Shown piece after piece: positions 24,060 to 36,957 of a stretch of DNA of 64,000 nt; position 1 is the first letter of the stretch, and each line of letters opens with the position of its first letter. Under the pieces are notes generated by a model. It saw nothing but the letters and a program-made list of their open reading frames with translations, did no database searches and was not told the DNA's origin. A program made the translations under genes and the position numbers. This DNA is from Mobula hypostoma (taxonomy: Eukaryota). The stretch is from the NCBI RefSeq assembly GCF_963921235.1, contig NC_086118.1, positions 28,832,001 to 28,896,000 of the forward strand, given 5' to 3'.

Positions 24060-25220
24060 TTTGCATTCATTAGCATCAAACGCTCAAAACTAATCAATAA
24101 GCTCTTAGACCTTGGTTTCAGTACCTCCTTGTGCAACTGGGTCCTGGATGTCGTCAATTGCTGAGCACTGTCAGTTCAGATTGGCAACAACATCTCCTTT
24201 ATGATCTTCATCAGTACAGGTGCACCACAGGCTGTGTGCTTTGCCCCTGCTCTATTCATCTTACACTTATGGCTGTGTAGCTCAGCACAGCTCCACTTTC
24301 ATATTTTTTGTTTGGTGATGGCAGCGCTGTTGTAGGCCGAGTCCAAAGTAGTGGTGAATCTGTATATAGGAAGGAGGTTGAAATTCTGGCTGAATGGTGC
24401 CACAACAACAACCTCTCTCTCAAAGTTAGCAAGACCAAAGAGTTGATTATTGTCTTCAGGAGGAGGAAACCAGAGGTCCAAGAGCCAGTCATCATTGGTG
24501 GATCAGAGGTGGAGAGGGCCAGCAACTTTAAATTCCTCGGCATTATTACTTCAGAGGATTTGTCCCGAGCCCAGCACATAAGGGCAATAACAAGAAAAAC
24601 TTCACGAAGTTTTGGCATGATATCTGAAACTCTGACAAACCTTTACACATGTATAGCAGAGAGAATATTGACTGGCTGCATCACATCCGGTATGGAAACA
24701 CCAATGCCACCAAAATCCTACAGATGTAATGGATACAGCACGGACCATCATGGGTAAAACCCTCCCCGCCATTGAGCACATCAACACGAAAAACAGTAGG
24801 AAAGCAGCATCCATCGTAAGGGACCCACACCAACCAGGATATGTCCTCTTCTTGCTAATGCCATCAGGAAGAAGGTACAGAAGCCTCAGGATTAACAGCA
24901 CCAGATTCAGGAGCAATTATTACCCCTCAACCATCAGGCTCCTGAACTAAAGGGGATAACTTCATTTAACTTCACTTGGCCCACCATTGACAATTTCCCA
25001 CAACCAATGGATTAATTTTCGGACCCTTCATCTCATGTTCTCAGTAAATATTGTCTTTTCACACTGGTTGAACAATCAAGTTGATGTGGTCCCTCATTGA
25101 TTCTGTTATGATCATTATTCCGTGGATTTATTGAGTATGCCTGCAAGAAAATAAATCCCAGAGTTGTATCTGGTGACAAATATGTACTTTGATAATAAAT
25201 TTGCTTTGAAATTTGAATAA
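24060..25220 (+). mobile_element. Rex1/Babar-type LINE 3' part (degenerate RT plus tail)
   Basis: KLINKLLDLGFSTSLCNWVLD, FGDGSAVVGR..EWCHNNNLSLKVSKTKELIIVFRR..FKFLG (24308-24757), LFLLMPSGRRYRSLRINSTRFRSNYYPSTIRLLN (24729-24950). Confidence 0.88.
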
Positions 25221-26235
25221 AACTGCCTGATGCAACTCCAGTTTCACTTAGTTTTAAACATAAGAGGCCTTCACCTTGAGGGAAAGTAGATTGATTAGAA
25301 ATTAACCAGCCTCTTGTCAGAACGAGGACTTGATTTTCTTTTATTGCTCTACATTGCCCCCCTCTGTTGTTTTGTCTGAACTACATGAAACTTTGAGTAT
25401 TTGTTTAATCAGATGAGCAATATTCTGAAATGAAAATAATTTATGAGCAGTCTACTTAATAACTGTAAACTCACAATCTTTTTTAAAATTTCTTTGTTGT
25501 TCCCTTGCAGCTGCTGAAATCTGTTTTCACACCAGTGACATATTAAAAATATATTAATACCACAACACCTGTCATATTTTATAAATAGGTCTTCTGGAAT
25601 GTTATCAAAAGATGATTTCACAAGAGGTTAAACATGGTTCTCAAAATGTTACCTATTAATGAAACAGCATCAGAAATTAGATGTTTGATTTTGAAATAGT
25701 TTAATGTTCAATTAAAAATTTGCCATTTCTTTTCAAGTATTTGGAGAATTTATAAGAACACTAGGTCATTGTTTTTTTTCAACAAAGTTCAAATTTCAAA
25801 GTAACTTCATTATCAAACTACATATATGTCACCATAAACAAACCAGAGATTCATTTTCTTGTGGGCATTCACAGTAAATTCCTTTGCACAACAGATTACT
25901 TTGATGGCACATCATTATTCTAAACATAAATATTTTTCAGCCAAAAACTTCTAAACTTTACTCTTATTTAACTAATATGGAAAGAGAAATTGAGTTGCTA
26001 TATTAATATTAATATCTTGTATTCTAAGAGGTAGATTAGGGGGTAACAAAGCACAAGGTATGCTTGTTTTCATTGGACTGACTGGGCATTGAGTATAAGA
26101 GTCAGGAGGTCACTTTGCAGCTATATCAAACTTTGATTAGGCCACACTTGGAGTATTGTGTGCAGTTCTGGTCGTCCCATTACAGGAAGGACCTGAGGCT
26201 TTGGAAAGGGATCAGAACACATTTACCAGGATACT

Positions 26236-28004
26236 CAAAATGCTGCTGGTGAACGCAGCAGGCCAGGCAGCATCTCTAGGAAGAGGTACAGTCGACGTTT
26301 CGGGCTGAGACCCTTTGTCAGGACTAACTGAAAGAAGAGATAGTAAGAGATTTGAAAGCGGGAGAGGGAGGGGGAGATCCGAAATGATAGGAGAAGACAG
26401 GAGGGAGAGGGATGGAGCCAAGAGCTGGAGAGGTGATTGGCAAAGGGGATATGTGAGGATCATGGGACAGGAGGCCCAGAGTGAAGGAAAAGGGGGAGGA
26501 AACCAAAGGATAGGCAAGGGATATAATCAGAGGGACAGAGGGAGAAAAAGGAGAGTGAGAGAAAGAATGTGTGTATAAAAATAAATAACGGATGGGGTAC
26601 GAGGGGGATGTGGGGCATTAGCGGAAGTTAGAGAAATCAATGTTCATGCCATCAGGTTGGAGACTACCCACACAGAATATAAGGTGTTGTTCCTCCAGCC
26701 TGAGTGTGGCTTCATCTTGACAGTAGAGGAGGCCATGGATTGACATATCAGCATGGGAATGGGATGTGGAATTAAAATGTGTGGCCACTGGGAGATCCTG
26801 GATGAAGGAAATGTCTTCTTTTTTTTTAAAGAAAGGGGCTTCCCTTCCTCCACCATCAACTCTGCTCTCAAATGCACCTCTCTCATTTCATGCACATCTG
26901 CTCTCACCCCATCCTCCCACCACCCCACAAGGGATAGAGTTCCCCTTTTCCTCACCTACCACCCCACCAGCCTCCGAGTCCAACATATAATTCTCCGTAA
27001 CTTCCGCCATCTCCAACGGGATCCCACCACCAAGCACCTTTCCCTTCCCCCCCACTTTCTGCTTTCCGCAGGGATCGCTCCCTATGCGACTCCCTCGTCC
27101 ATTCATCCCCCCCCAACCCTTCCCACCGACCTCCCTCCCGGCACTTATCCTTGTAAGCGAAACGAGTGCTACACCTGCCCTTACACTTCCTCACCATTCA
27201 GGGCCCCAGACAGTCCTTACAGGTGAGGCAACATTTCACCTGTGAGTCGGCTGATGTGATATACTGTGTCCGGTGGTCCCAGTGTGGCCTTCTATATATT
27301 GGTGAGACCCAACGCAGACTGGGAGACCATTTCGCTGAAAACCAAAGCTCTATCCACCAGAGAAAGCAGGATCTCCCTGCGGCCACACAATTTAATTCCA
27401 CGTCCCATTCCCTTTCTGATATGTCTATCCATGGCCTCCTCTACTGTCAAGATGAAGCCACACTCAGGTTGGAGGAACAACACCTTATATTCTGTCTGGG
27501 TAGCCTCCAACCTAATGGCATGAACATTGATTTCTCTAACTTGCTTTAATGCCCCTCCTCCCCTTCTTACCCCATCCCTTATTTATTTATTTCTCTATTA
27601 TTCTCCCCTCTTTTTTCTTTTTTTTCTCTCTCTGTCCCTCTCACAATCTCTCCTTGCCAGCTCTCCATCTTCCTCTGGGCTCCCCTCCCCCTTTCTTTCT
27701 CCCTAGGCCTCCCGTTCCATGATCCTTCCCCTTCTCCATCTCTGTATCCCTTTTGCCAATCAACTTTCCAGCTCCTAGTTTCCTCCATCCCCCCTCCTGC
27801 CTTCTCCTATCATTTCGGATCTCCCCCTCCCCCTCCCACTTTCAAATCTCTTACTATCTCTTCTTTCAGTTAGTCCTGATGAAGGGTCTCGGCCCAAAAC
27901 GTCGACTGTACTTCTTCCTATTGATGCTGCCTGTCCTGCTGCATTCCACCAGCATTTTGTGTGTGTTGCTTGAACTTCCAGCATTTGCAGATTTTCTTGT
28001 GTTT
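26236..28004. mobile_element. Penelope-like element with inverted 5' arm (tail-to-tail pseudo-LTRs)
   Basis: ~26238-26790 is the reverse complement of ~27385-27960; flanked by TTTACCAGGAT(A/G)CT (26222-26235, 28002-28015). Confidence 0.92.
26800..27549 (+). pseudogene. Penelope-like ORF C-terminus: Cys-rich linker plus GIY-YIG endonuclease (frameshifted)
   Basis: FFKERGFPSSTI..RVPLFLTYHP..PGTYPCKRNECYTCPY then QHFTCESADVIYCVRWSQCGLLYIGETQRRLGDHFAE..HSLSDM..RLEEQHLIFCLGSLQPNGMN; a Cys-rich linker before the endonuclease is typical of Neptune-group PLEs. Confidence 0.9.
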
Positions 28005-29319
28005 ACCAGGATGCTGCCTGGATTGGAGGGTTGGACAAATTTACAATAATTTTCTCTGGATTATCAGAGGGTGGTTGCTGACCTGATTAGAAATTTAGAG
28101 AATGATGAGAGGCACAGATAGGCTAGACAGTCAGATACTTACCCTTAGAGAGAAATATTAAATATTAGAGGGCAAGTATTTAAGGTGAGAGGAGGAAAAA
28201 TTAAAGATGTACAGGGTCAGTTCTTTTATATAACACCAAGTGTGATGGGTGCCGAGAATGTGCTTTCAGGGGTAGGGGTGAAAGTTGATAACACTTGAGA
28301 GGGGCATTTAGATGAGTATGCTGGGAATACAGGGATGTGGATCACATGCAGGCAGAGTGATTTGGTCTAATTCGGCACTACGTTTGATGCAAACATCATG
28401 GGCCTGTTTCTGTGCTGCACTCTTCTACATTCTAAATCTGTTTGAAGACCCTTCATCAGAATTAGTAGTTTGTTTTTATTGTTAGTCAAAACCTTAAATA
28501 TTCAGTATCTGTAAGAAGACAGATTAATTTACTGGTATATTTTCCTGATGACGATGTTTAATGGTGGTTTATGAACTTTACACTTTTGAAGGAATAAGGA
28601 CAGATAAACTTTTCAAGGAGAAAGGTCCTGGGAATGATTTCCAGACCTTTAAATGTCACTAGTTAAAACTATTACATTGTATCATAATTTATGCCATCTG
28701 ATCCTGAGTACTGATATTCTGCAAATATTATCCTTTTAGTAACACAGGATCCCCAGTGCTGAATCAGAGTGTTTGATTCGTGATGCCTGCATGCACTACC
28801 TTCTTCAAGCTACTTCAGGATCAAACATTCATTCAAGGCACTTGATTAAAATAGCACTAGAGCTTTTGATGGTTCTTTCTTCCATGTACCTACGATTATA
28901 AAGGAAAAACGATTCTGATCTGGCTTGTTTTAAGGATCATTAATTTGTAGGTGTGTCTTCTGAATCTGTGATAAATTAAATGAATATTTAATGACCTAGT
29001 TACATCTTTATTACAAATCTTTTAGTACATTAAAGATCGAGCAACCTGTGAATCTCTTTTTTTTTATCAGTCATTCAACCTTCAGTCTGCCTTTTGATTT
29101 CTTTAACCTTCAACTTAATTTTTAACTTAACTTTTCTTGGAATTCTCACAATGGGATCCCATTTTCACACAAAATTGGCCATGGCAGAGAAGTATGAAAT
29201 TAAATAAAATTGTCCTTATTGGTAATAAATATTTTTCTTTACAGTGGCCAATGTTAAACTTTCTGTCGATGACAGGTGTGGTTTAAATCAAGTCCTTGAG
29301 CCATGCCTCTGAGTTGAAT

Positions 29320-29790
29320 TGAACTGAGGAGTAAAAATCTTTACATTACATCTCAGACTAAATGTGCAAAGTGCAATCATAGTAATTTATAATAATTTAT
29401 AATAAATTGAGTTTTTAATGTAACATAGAAATACCTCAGATCAGCGTGAGTTAATCAGTCTGATGGCCTGGTGGAAGAAGCTGTCCCGGAGCCTGTTGGT
29501 CCTGGCTTTTATGCTGTGGTACTGTTACCCGGATGGTAGCAGCTGGAATAGATTGTGGTTGGGGTGACTCAGGTCCCCAGTGATCCTTCGGGCCCCTTTT
29601 TCACACCTGTCTTTGTAAATGTCCTGAATCACGGGAAGTTTACAACTACAGATGCACTGGGCTGTCCGCACCACTCTCTGCAGAATCCTGCAATTAAGGG
29701 AGGTACAGTTCCCATACCTGGCAGTGTTGCAATGCAGCCAGTCAGGATGCTCTCAATTTTGCCCCTGTAGAAAGTTCTTAGGATTCTGAA
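29320..29790 (-). mobile_element. Rex1-type LINE 3' fragment
   Basis: Reverse complement encodes IESILTGCI..., FQLLPSG-QYHSIKARTNRLRDSFFHQAIRLIN, homologous to 24729-24950. Confidence 0.75.
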
Positions 29791-30494
29791 ACAATTTTGT
29801 TTTCTGAAATAATTTGTGCTTTTTGGTATTAAAGATCTGCTCCTGATTAAATCATTGCTTACCTCTACTTCACAGAACTGAATAGGAGTTCATGTGGCCA
29901 AGAAAAGTTGGCCACTTTGAGAGCAGCTCTGTATTTCTAGTCAATACAAAAAGTTCTGGGTGGCTGAGAATTTGATCACACAACCAAAATTTCCTTCCTA
30001 AAGAAACTGCTAATTCTGGAAAAGTTCTTATTACAAAAGCAGAACTTAGTAGGATTCTTTAGGTCTTTTGGGTATTAAGCATCAAAATTATAATGGCATC
30101 TTTGCTGTATCTAAAATAAGCATGACGTTTCATTACTTTGATTCAAATGGCTGCTAGGTTAATGCCAACGATTTAATTTCCATTTTAAATGCAATTCCTT
30201 AACTTCCCTCAATTTTAATTAGATCTGAAGATTGAGGCCGGCCCTGTTGGGGTCATCATTTGGCAAGTTCATTATCGCGTCCAAATTGGCTTTTTGGCAG
30301 TTAAGTAGCTCTTGACTTCCTGTTTACATCTGCCAAAGGTTTGTGAATATAACCTCAAGATCTGGAACACACACTGGTATATTAAATAAACAGATTTAAA
30401 TTTAATGTACTGTCTGTAAATGTTGTATCCAATTGTGAATGACTTTTATATTGACTTAGGCTACAAATGTATTGGTACAAAGAGAGCCATAGGG

Positions 30495-30715
30495 ACCACA
30501 AGGCAGCATAGTGGTTAGTGTAATGCTTCACGGAGCCAGCGACCCAGATTCAAATCCTGCTGCTGCCAGTTAAAAGTATATATGTTCTCTGTGTATTCCA
30601 GTTACTTCCCACATTCCAAAGACATACAAGCTAGTAGGTTAATTGGTCACAGGGGTGTAATTGGGCAGCACAGGCTCATTGATCCAGAAGGGCCTGTTAC
30701 CGTGATATAAATAAA
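30495..30715 (+). mobile_element. tRNA-derived SINE (V-SINE-like, degenerate)
   Basis: A-box-like CATAGTGGTTAG, B-box-like GATTCAAATCC, TTCCCACATTCCAAAGAC core, AATAAA tail. Confidence 0.6.
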
Positions 30716-32843
30716 GCTTTAACAAGACTAAATGGTATGTGGCATGAATGCTTAACGTTCTGAGTTCAACATGATGCGTTAAAACATTTTTATTGTAAAT
30801 ATAGGATCCAAGAATCATAACAATTCATCCTAATTTTTCTCAGAAGAAGCAAATGGACTATCCTAAAGCTGAAAAAAGGACGAGAAAGAAATGTTGTCTG
30901 AGAAGCTTGCTAAACTGAGAATTATCGTTAACTTGGAACTCGGCTGCTACATTAGCTTCTCAGAACTGGTGTCAGAGAAACAGGTCAGCATTGTGAGCCG
31001 ATGGTGGCGGAGGTTTGGCACGGATTGAGGATGGAGCAATATTAGTTCCAGGACTGCTGCTTGTTGCCTTGAAGTGAAGTACTGTAGAGAACGAAACATT
31101 CTTCATGTTCAGTGGTTACCAAATGGAGAAAATAAGCATCTTTGCACAAAGTAAAATGCAATTTAAAAAATAACTTTATCTATGCTGATAGGGACCAGGA
31201 ATTGTGTTGAATAATGTGATCAAATAACATAATACAAGGTAAATTTTATTTTAAGAGTTATGTTGTCTTCAAAACTATCAATTCTTTGTATTTTGCTTTA
31301 TTGTTTATCTCTTCATATTGAAATGCTTCAATTAAAATTTCCTTTGGATTTATTATTACCCTTTAGCTAAGCTCCAAGACGAATAAAGTCAAATTGGGAG
31401 ACTTTCTGGCAAAAGACCAGAGTTAAAACATTAATGTTTTGATAGTGAGTCAACATTAATTAAACAATTATGTGTTCAGCAAATGAAGGCATAGTTCATT
31501 CCTGGGATGTGAGTTTCACTGATAAGGCCAGGATTTAATGCCAATCTCTAACTGCCGCTGAGAAGGTAGTGGAATGCTGCTTTCCTGAACCACAGCAGCC
31601 TTTCTGATAAAGTCATCTATGCAGTAACAAAGAAGGCATTAAACCCTGTGTTCAATCCCTCTGTTGTAATGGTGGGCCTCAGGAGGAAAATAAGTCCTAA
31701 GGTAACACAGTCGCTACAGAGCAGCAAACATCATTGTTCAGATGATCATTATAATAGGCACTACCGGAGTTGACAAACCAGCAGTGATTGAATAAGTTTC
31801 TGTTAATTCTTCAGATGGAATCATTTTGGATCTTTTTGGACATCTCAGTTGCTTGATCCTCTCAATCGCTCTCTACCTCTATGGTATACTCACTCAGCAA
31901 CAAGGAAGTGAGCTGTAACTGTACTGCTACTCTTAAAGCTGACATGGTAGTAGCCTTAAGGAATGTAATATAATTTGTTCCAAATTTCCCTTCAATATGT
32001 TAGCTATTTAAAGGAAAATCCAACCAGATTTATGAACACAATTGTGAGTATGATGTAACATACAATATGCTGTATATAAAAACATTATGCTTCTGGTAGA
32101 TATGTTTTGATAGAAGTATCAGTTTGACTTAATGTAACCACATACTTATTCAATTCAGTTACAACACTGAAGCTAAAACTAATATCCTGTATTGCAGAAA
32201 TCTGCAAGTGAACGTAGGCTGCACTCTATTAATGCCAGCAAAAGCCTCTGCTATACCAAATACAATACCAGGGGTGTCAAAAAATTCTTCTGCTCTTTGT
32301 ATCCCATGTTAGTGTGGCCGAAGTTTACTAATATGATGTAGACGGGAATTTGCACCAAGTTGAAAGCCAGCAGCTTCCATCCGGTGAACTTTGAAGGCTG
32401 CAACCTCAAAAATCTCAGCTCCATGTAATCGTGTTCAATAAATACTTCGATATATAGACTGAGAATTTTATTACAATGCTTAAAGTGTAAAATTTAAAAA
32501 TGCTTTCAAATATTTCTGGATTTTGTACAGAACAACTAGTTTGTAAGCAGTAGATTCAGTAAACCAAATTGAAAAGGACTTGCTTTTGCCTAATTCCAAA
32601 AAAAATCTAAAATTATAGTTATTGAGCCAAGTCAAATATTTTTTCCGACTATTCTGTGAGTCATTGGTTGTAAGTTTGGACCAGCAATGTAGAAGTGCAG
32701 TTATTTATATCTTCAGCTGTAATGATAGAAAAAGAACATCTGCAAATGCTTAATTCCAAATACTGGAATTTTACAATCCTTTGTCTCTTCACTCCAGAGA
32801 CATGGATAGCAGCAAAGGTATCTAATACATGCAATCTGACATA

Positions 32844-33330
32844 CAGTCAGTAGCCTTTTTATTAGGGACACCTCTATACCATTCCTTAATGCAAATATCT
32901 AATCAGTTAATCATGAGGCAGCAACTTAATGCATAAAAACATGCAGATTTGGTCAAGTTTTTAGTTTTTTGTTCAAATAAATGAGGAGGAAATTGACTTT
33001 GACTGAGAAATGACTATTGGTGCCAGATGGGGTGCTTTGCGTATCTCAGAAAGTGCTGATTATCTGGGATTTGCATGCACAATGGTTGCTAGCGTTTACA
33101 GAGAATGGTGCGAAAAACAAAATAAAAACATCTAGCAAATGGCAGTTCTATGGATGAAAAAGCTTTGTTAACGAGAGAGATCAGTAGAGAATGCGCAGTC
33201 TGGTTCAAGTGAACAGGAAGGCAACAGTAACTCAAATAACCACACGTTACTACAGTGGTGTGTAGAAGAGCATCACTGAATGCACAGCACATTGAACCTT
33301 AAACTGGATGGGCTACAGCAGCAGAAGATC
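32844..33330. mobile_element. Tc1/mariner-type non-autonomous DNA transposon remnant
   Basis: CAGTCAGTAGCCTTTTTATTAGGGACACC terminus after TA; homologous to 15494-15885 and 20515-21044. Confidence 0.65.
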
Positions 33331-34924
33331 AATTTAATCACTCTGGTTCTGTGCTGTGCTGTCCCTTTTATGGCTAGGGATATGCATCAAGTATCTGACT
33401 TCTGTGTCATGTGGATTAGGATTTTTTTAAAATAAGTGTTCCCAAACAATAAAATCATTGCATTGATGTTTTCCTCTGGTAGAAAAAAGTCCAAATATAA
33501 ATAATTATATTGTGACAGAACATACCAGTCTCAGTAAGTACTGTGAAACAAAATGTTTTCATGCTCCTGTACAGCAATAATAAAATCGTGTCAGGTTACT
33601 ATTTTATAGCAAAGGAGACAACGTGTCTCAAAGCTGATCATATAAGGAAAACATCTGATGGGGGCTGCACCACTGTACATATGGAAGTGATGTTCATGCA
33701 TTTCTGCAAACATAACTAGTTTCCCAGCTCCTCAGCGTGGTAGTAGTGGGGGTGGGGGAGATATCCCTTTCAACAAAAATGAAATTGCGTGTGAGAGGCC
33801 CAAGGAGGTAACACAGCACTGTTTTAAATTATGCCATTTAGCATAAGTACATTTTAAATGCTATGATTTGATTAGCTCTTATCTGTGTCTCTGACAATGC
33901 ATTAATTTTAATCATATGCTCTTTGACATGGATTCCGCTGCTGAATCGCGCACTCACAGCAGCTCCTTATCACTAAGGCAATTAGAGCGTATGCTGGATC
34001 AGGTGTCCTCCATGTCAGTGTTCCACATTGCTGGAAATACATTAGAGGTGCTGATTCCTTTCTTGAAAAAAAAGTAAATTGTTCGGAGTAGTCATATCTA
34101 TTATACTGTGTATGAAATGTTAAAATATATGACATGTACCTGCGGCTATGTTGAGTAAAATGTTGGCTCAGAAATTGTCCTTGTAACGTGAACCCACTCT
34201 CAAGGTGTCAGCTGCTTCATGCTGAACCATCGTAAATCACCGCTAGCCGACACAATTCTTTCCAAATTATATTTTCCGGTTGAACTTCCAAATAAAAATT
34301 TTAAATGAACTTCTTTAGCACCTGTAGGGTCCACTTTTCATTATATCGCTTCATTGATTGTTTTGTATTTTTCTGAAGTGAATTGGTATTTCGAAGCAAA
34401 AGACTGATTCCACAAGGAACCATTTAGTTTAGTTATAAATTATTTAGTTATTTTAGTTATTAACTATTTCTTTCATTTTAATGAAATAAATAGTTAATAA
34501 CTAATCCGAATGAAGCTGAATTACTGCAAATCCAGGTAAGGTCGGTCCAACAAGATATGAAGCTATATCACTTGTTCACCTTTGCCACCAGCTATCTGCT
34601 GTTGAAATCTTCATGTAGGCTTTTCTTTGCTGTTGAAATGTTCTCATTCCTAATCTTCCACTTTCCTGAGATTCATTTCACCTAAAACATTCCCGTCTGT
34701 GTCCTAATTCACAACAGGTCCCTTTCTCCCATTATCACTAAATTAGCCTGATGTCAACGTTTTCTGGTAACATTCTTGACAGCACTTGGAGATGTTTCAC
34801 TATATTGTAGATGACATTTACATTTACATTGTTCATGATGTAGGGCACATAAAAAGTGTTCCAAACATGACGGGTTTACAAATAGCAGAAGAGAAGAGAT
34901 TCTGTCCATTAAAGGTGGGTAATG

Positions 34925-35530
34925 ACAGGTCTCACACCACCAAGTTCAGGAACAGTTATTACCCTTCAGTCATCAGGCTCCTGAACCAGAGTGGCTAACT
35001 TCACTCACCTCAACACTGAATTAATTCCACAACCTATGGACTCACTTTCGAGGACTCTACAACCAATGTACCCTCTAATTTGTAATGAAGAATGTCTGAA
35101 AAATCTTGTGCTGCGCAATTTTTTGCCCAGTGACAACAACATGTGTGCACTGAATAATTTCTTCAATAAAAACAGTATATAAGCCAGTTCTAAAATCTGC
35201 AGGCAAATCATTGCAAACTCTATGTTGTCAACACTGTCCGCATCAGAAACCGGAAAATGAAATGTGGTTGTGTACAATCGTGAAACATATTTAACATGCC
35301 AAGGAGTTAGAGGGTGACAGCCTTTTGTGTACAATTTAAGTTCCTTTCTGTGCTGGTATTTATTTATTTATTTATTGTTTTGTTTTTTTCTTTCACATTG
35401 GTTGTGTTGTCTGTATTTGTGTGGTGTGTTTCCATTGATTGGTTGTGTTGTATTTACTGTGAATGCCCATGAGAAAATGAATCTCAGGGTGTATATGTAC
35501 TTAGATAATAAATTTGCTTTGAACTTCGAA
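34925..35530 (+). mobile_element. Rex1-type LINE 3' end (with an unrelated interruption ~35075-35345)
   Basis: RSHTTKFRNSYYPSVIRLLN, then tail AATCTCAGGG...GATAATAAATTTGCTTTGAACTTCGAAC. Confidence 0.7.
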
Positions 35531-36389
35531 CTTAAAGATAGCTCAAATGTGTATCAACTCGTGCCAAGGCTATACGAGGATGTGAGGAAATAAGGTGTAG
35601 AATTCACTGCCTGTAACAGTGGAAACAGAATGAATCAGTGGTTTTGAAATGGAATTAGATGGGAGCTTGAGAGAGAGTAAACTGCAGCCCTGTTGAGAAA
35701 GAGTGGAGGGGGCACGGGGGAAGAGAACTAATAGGATTGTTTTAGTAGCATAGATGGGCTGAATGCTTTCCTCTGCTGCAATAATTCTGTGAGTACTTCA
35801 TGCTCAACTTTTTTACTGCATACATTGATAAAAACAAACATTGTTGTTTTCTTTGGTGGTGTATTCTGAAAGATAACTGGTATTCTAAGAGGTATTTAAT
35901 TTTCTTTTTCATTTAGTGTTTTATTATGGACAGCTAAATGAAAATATATCCTTTGCAACACACACAAAATGCTGGAGAAACTCAGAAGGCCAGGCAGCAT
36001 CTATGGAAAAAGTAAAGTTGACGTTTCTGGTTGAAACCCTTTGGCAGGACTGTGACTGGTCTGGTTACATCCTTTGCCTGGTCACACTGGTTTATCTGGG
36101 AACTTCAAATGCAGGTAGTGAGGAGTGATGATCATTGAGGAGTCCATTAATTTCCCATCCATAGTACAAATTTATTAACCAGAATATTCTGTGTGTTCTC
36201 CTAACACTAGGCTGTTTCCTGATGATCTCCTCCGCAACACCACCCATTTTCACTCTGCATCGAGAAACAGTACCAGGAAAGCCTGACACTGTTGATTCTG
36301 ACAGATTTTTGTTTTGTGATGATCCCTGCAGATAAATATACTGAAGGAGTTTATGAGTTTCTGAAACCTAACTGTATCAAACCTACATT

Positions 36390-36957
36390 GTTGTTGTTGT
36401 GCATCCATCGTTGACGTCGATGAGGACCTCGACACCATTATGATGGTGTCAAGACTAGCACATGATTTGGATTTAAGTGAGGGAGAGTTGCGCAGCGTCA
36501 GCCTCTCTCTCTCTTCCCAATTCCCATCTGGATCCAGTGGCAAGACAGAGTCTAGACGGCTGGAGATGGGACTAGGCGCAGTGGATGACCAGGACGTCCT
36601 CTGTGTCTTGTCCTGCCCTACACGTTCCACGACGCTTGCAGAGACCGCCTTCTTGACCGTTGGACCTTCCATAGGTCTCGTCCGCTCCATCTGCCGGAGT
36701 CTGTCTTCACATGCTGGGATAGACAACTCCCTATCTCACCGAGGGTTTGAGACCCGTCGGCTACCCTCACCTGGTTTAGCCGGCTTGTCGAAGCCATTGC
36801 CCGGGGTGTGGCCGCTGTCGCATGCAAACAGCTACGGGGAGCCACAGGTGAGAGCTGAGTGCCAGGTGGGGACCAAAGGTGGACTAACCGCCCTGAAAAG
36901 GACGCGACATGTTCCCCCACCAGAGGTGCTACCCCTCCCTGACACCCCATACACCCC
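36390..36957 (-). mobile_element. Non-autonomous retroposon with (CAA)n tail, 568 bp, relatively young
   Basis: 12-bp TSD CAAACCTACATT (36378-36389, 36958-36969); GTTGTTGTTGT tail at left end; CpGs retained; related decayed copy ~50555-51060. Confidence 0.8.

Larger units (their letters stand above)
26050..28440 (+). mobile_element. CR1-type LINE 3' fragment split by a Penelope-like insertion
   Basis: LYQTLIRPHLEYCVQFWSSHYRKD (~26120-26192); resumes TTTACCAGGATGCTGCCTGGATTGGAGG at 28002 and runs to a CR1-like tail near 28430. Confidence 0.85.

Noticed and set aside
34140..34321. Minus-strand exon (CTACAG| ... CAG|GTACAT)
   Set aside because: Weak polypyrimidine tract and donor, stops in the frames examined, no recognisable protein.
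35955..36055. Additional hammerhead copies (also ~21540-21570, 19203-19240)
   Set aside because: Old Penelope pseudo-LTR remnants with core or cleavage-site substitutions; not counted as functional.
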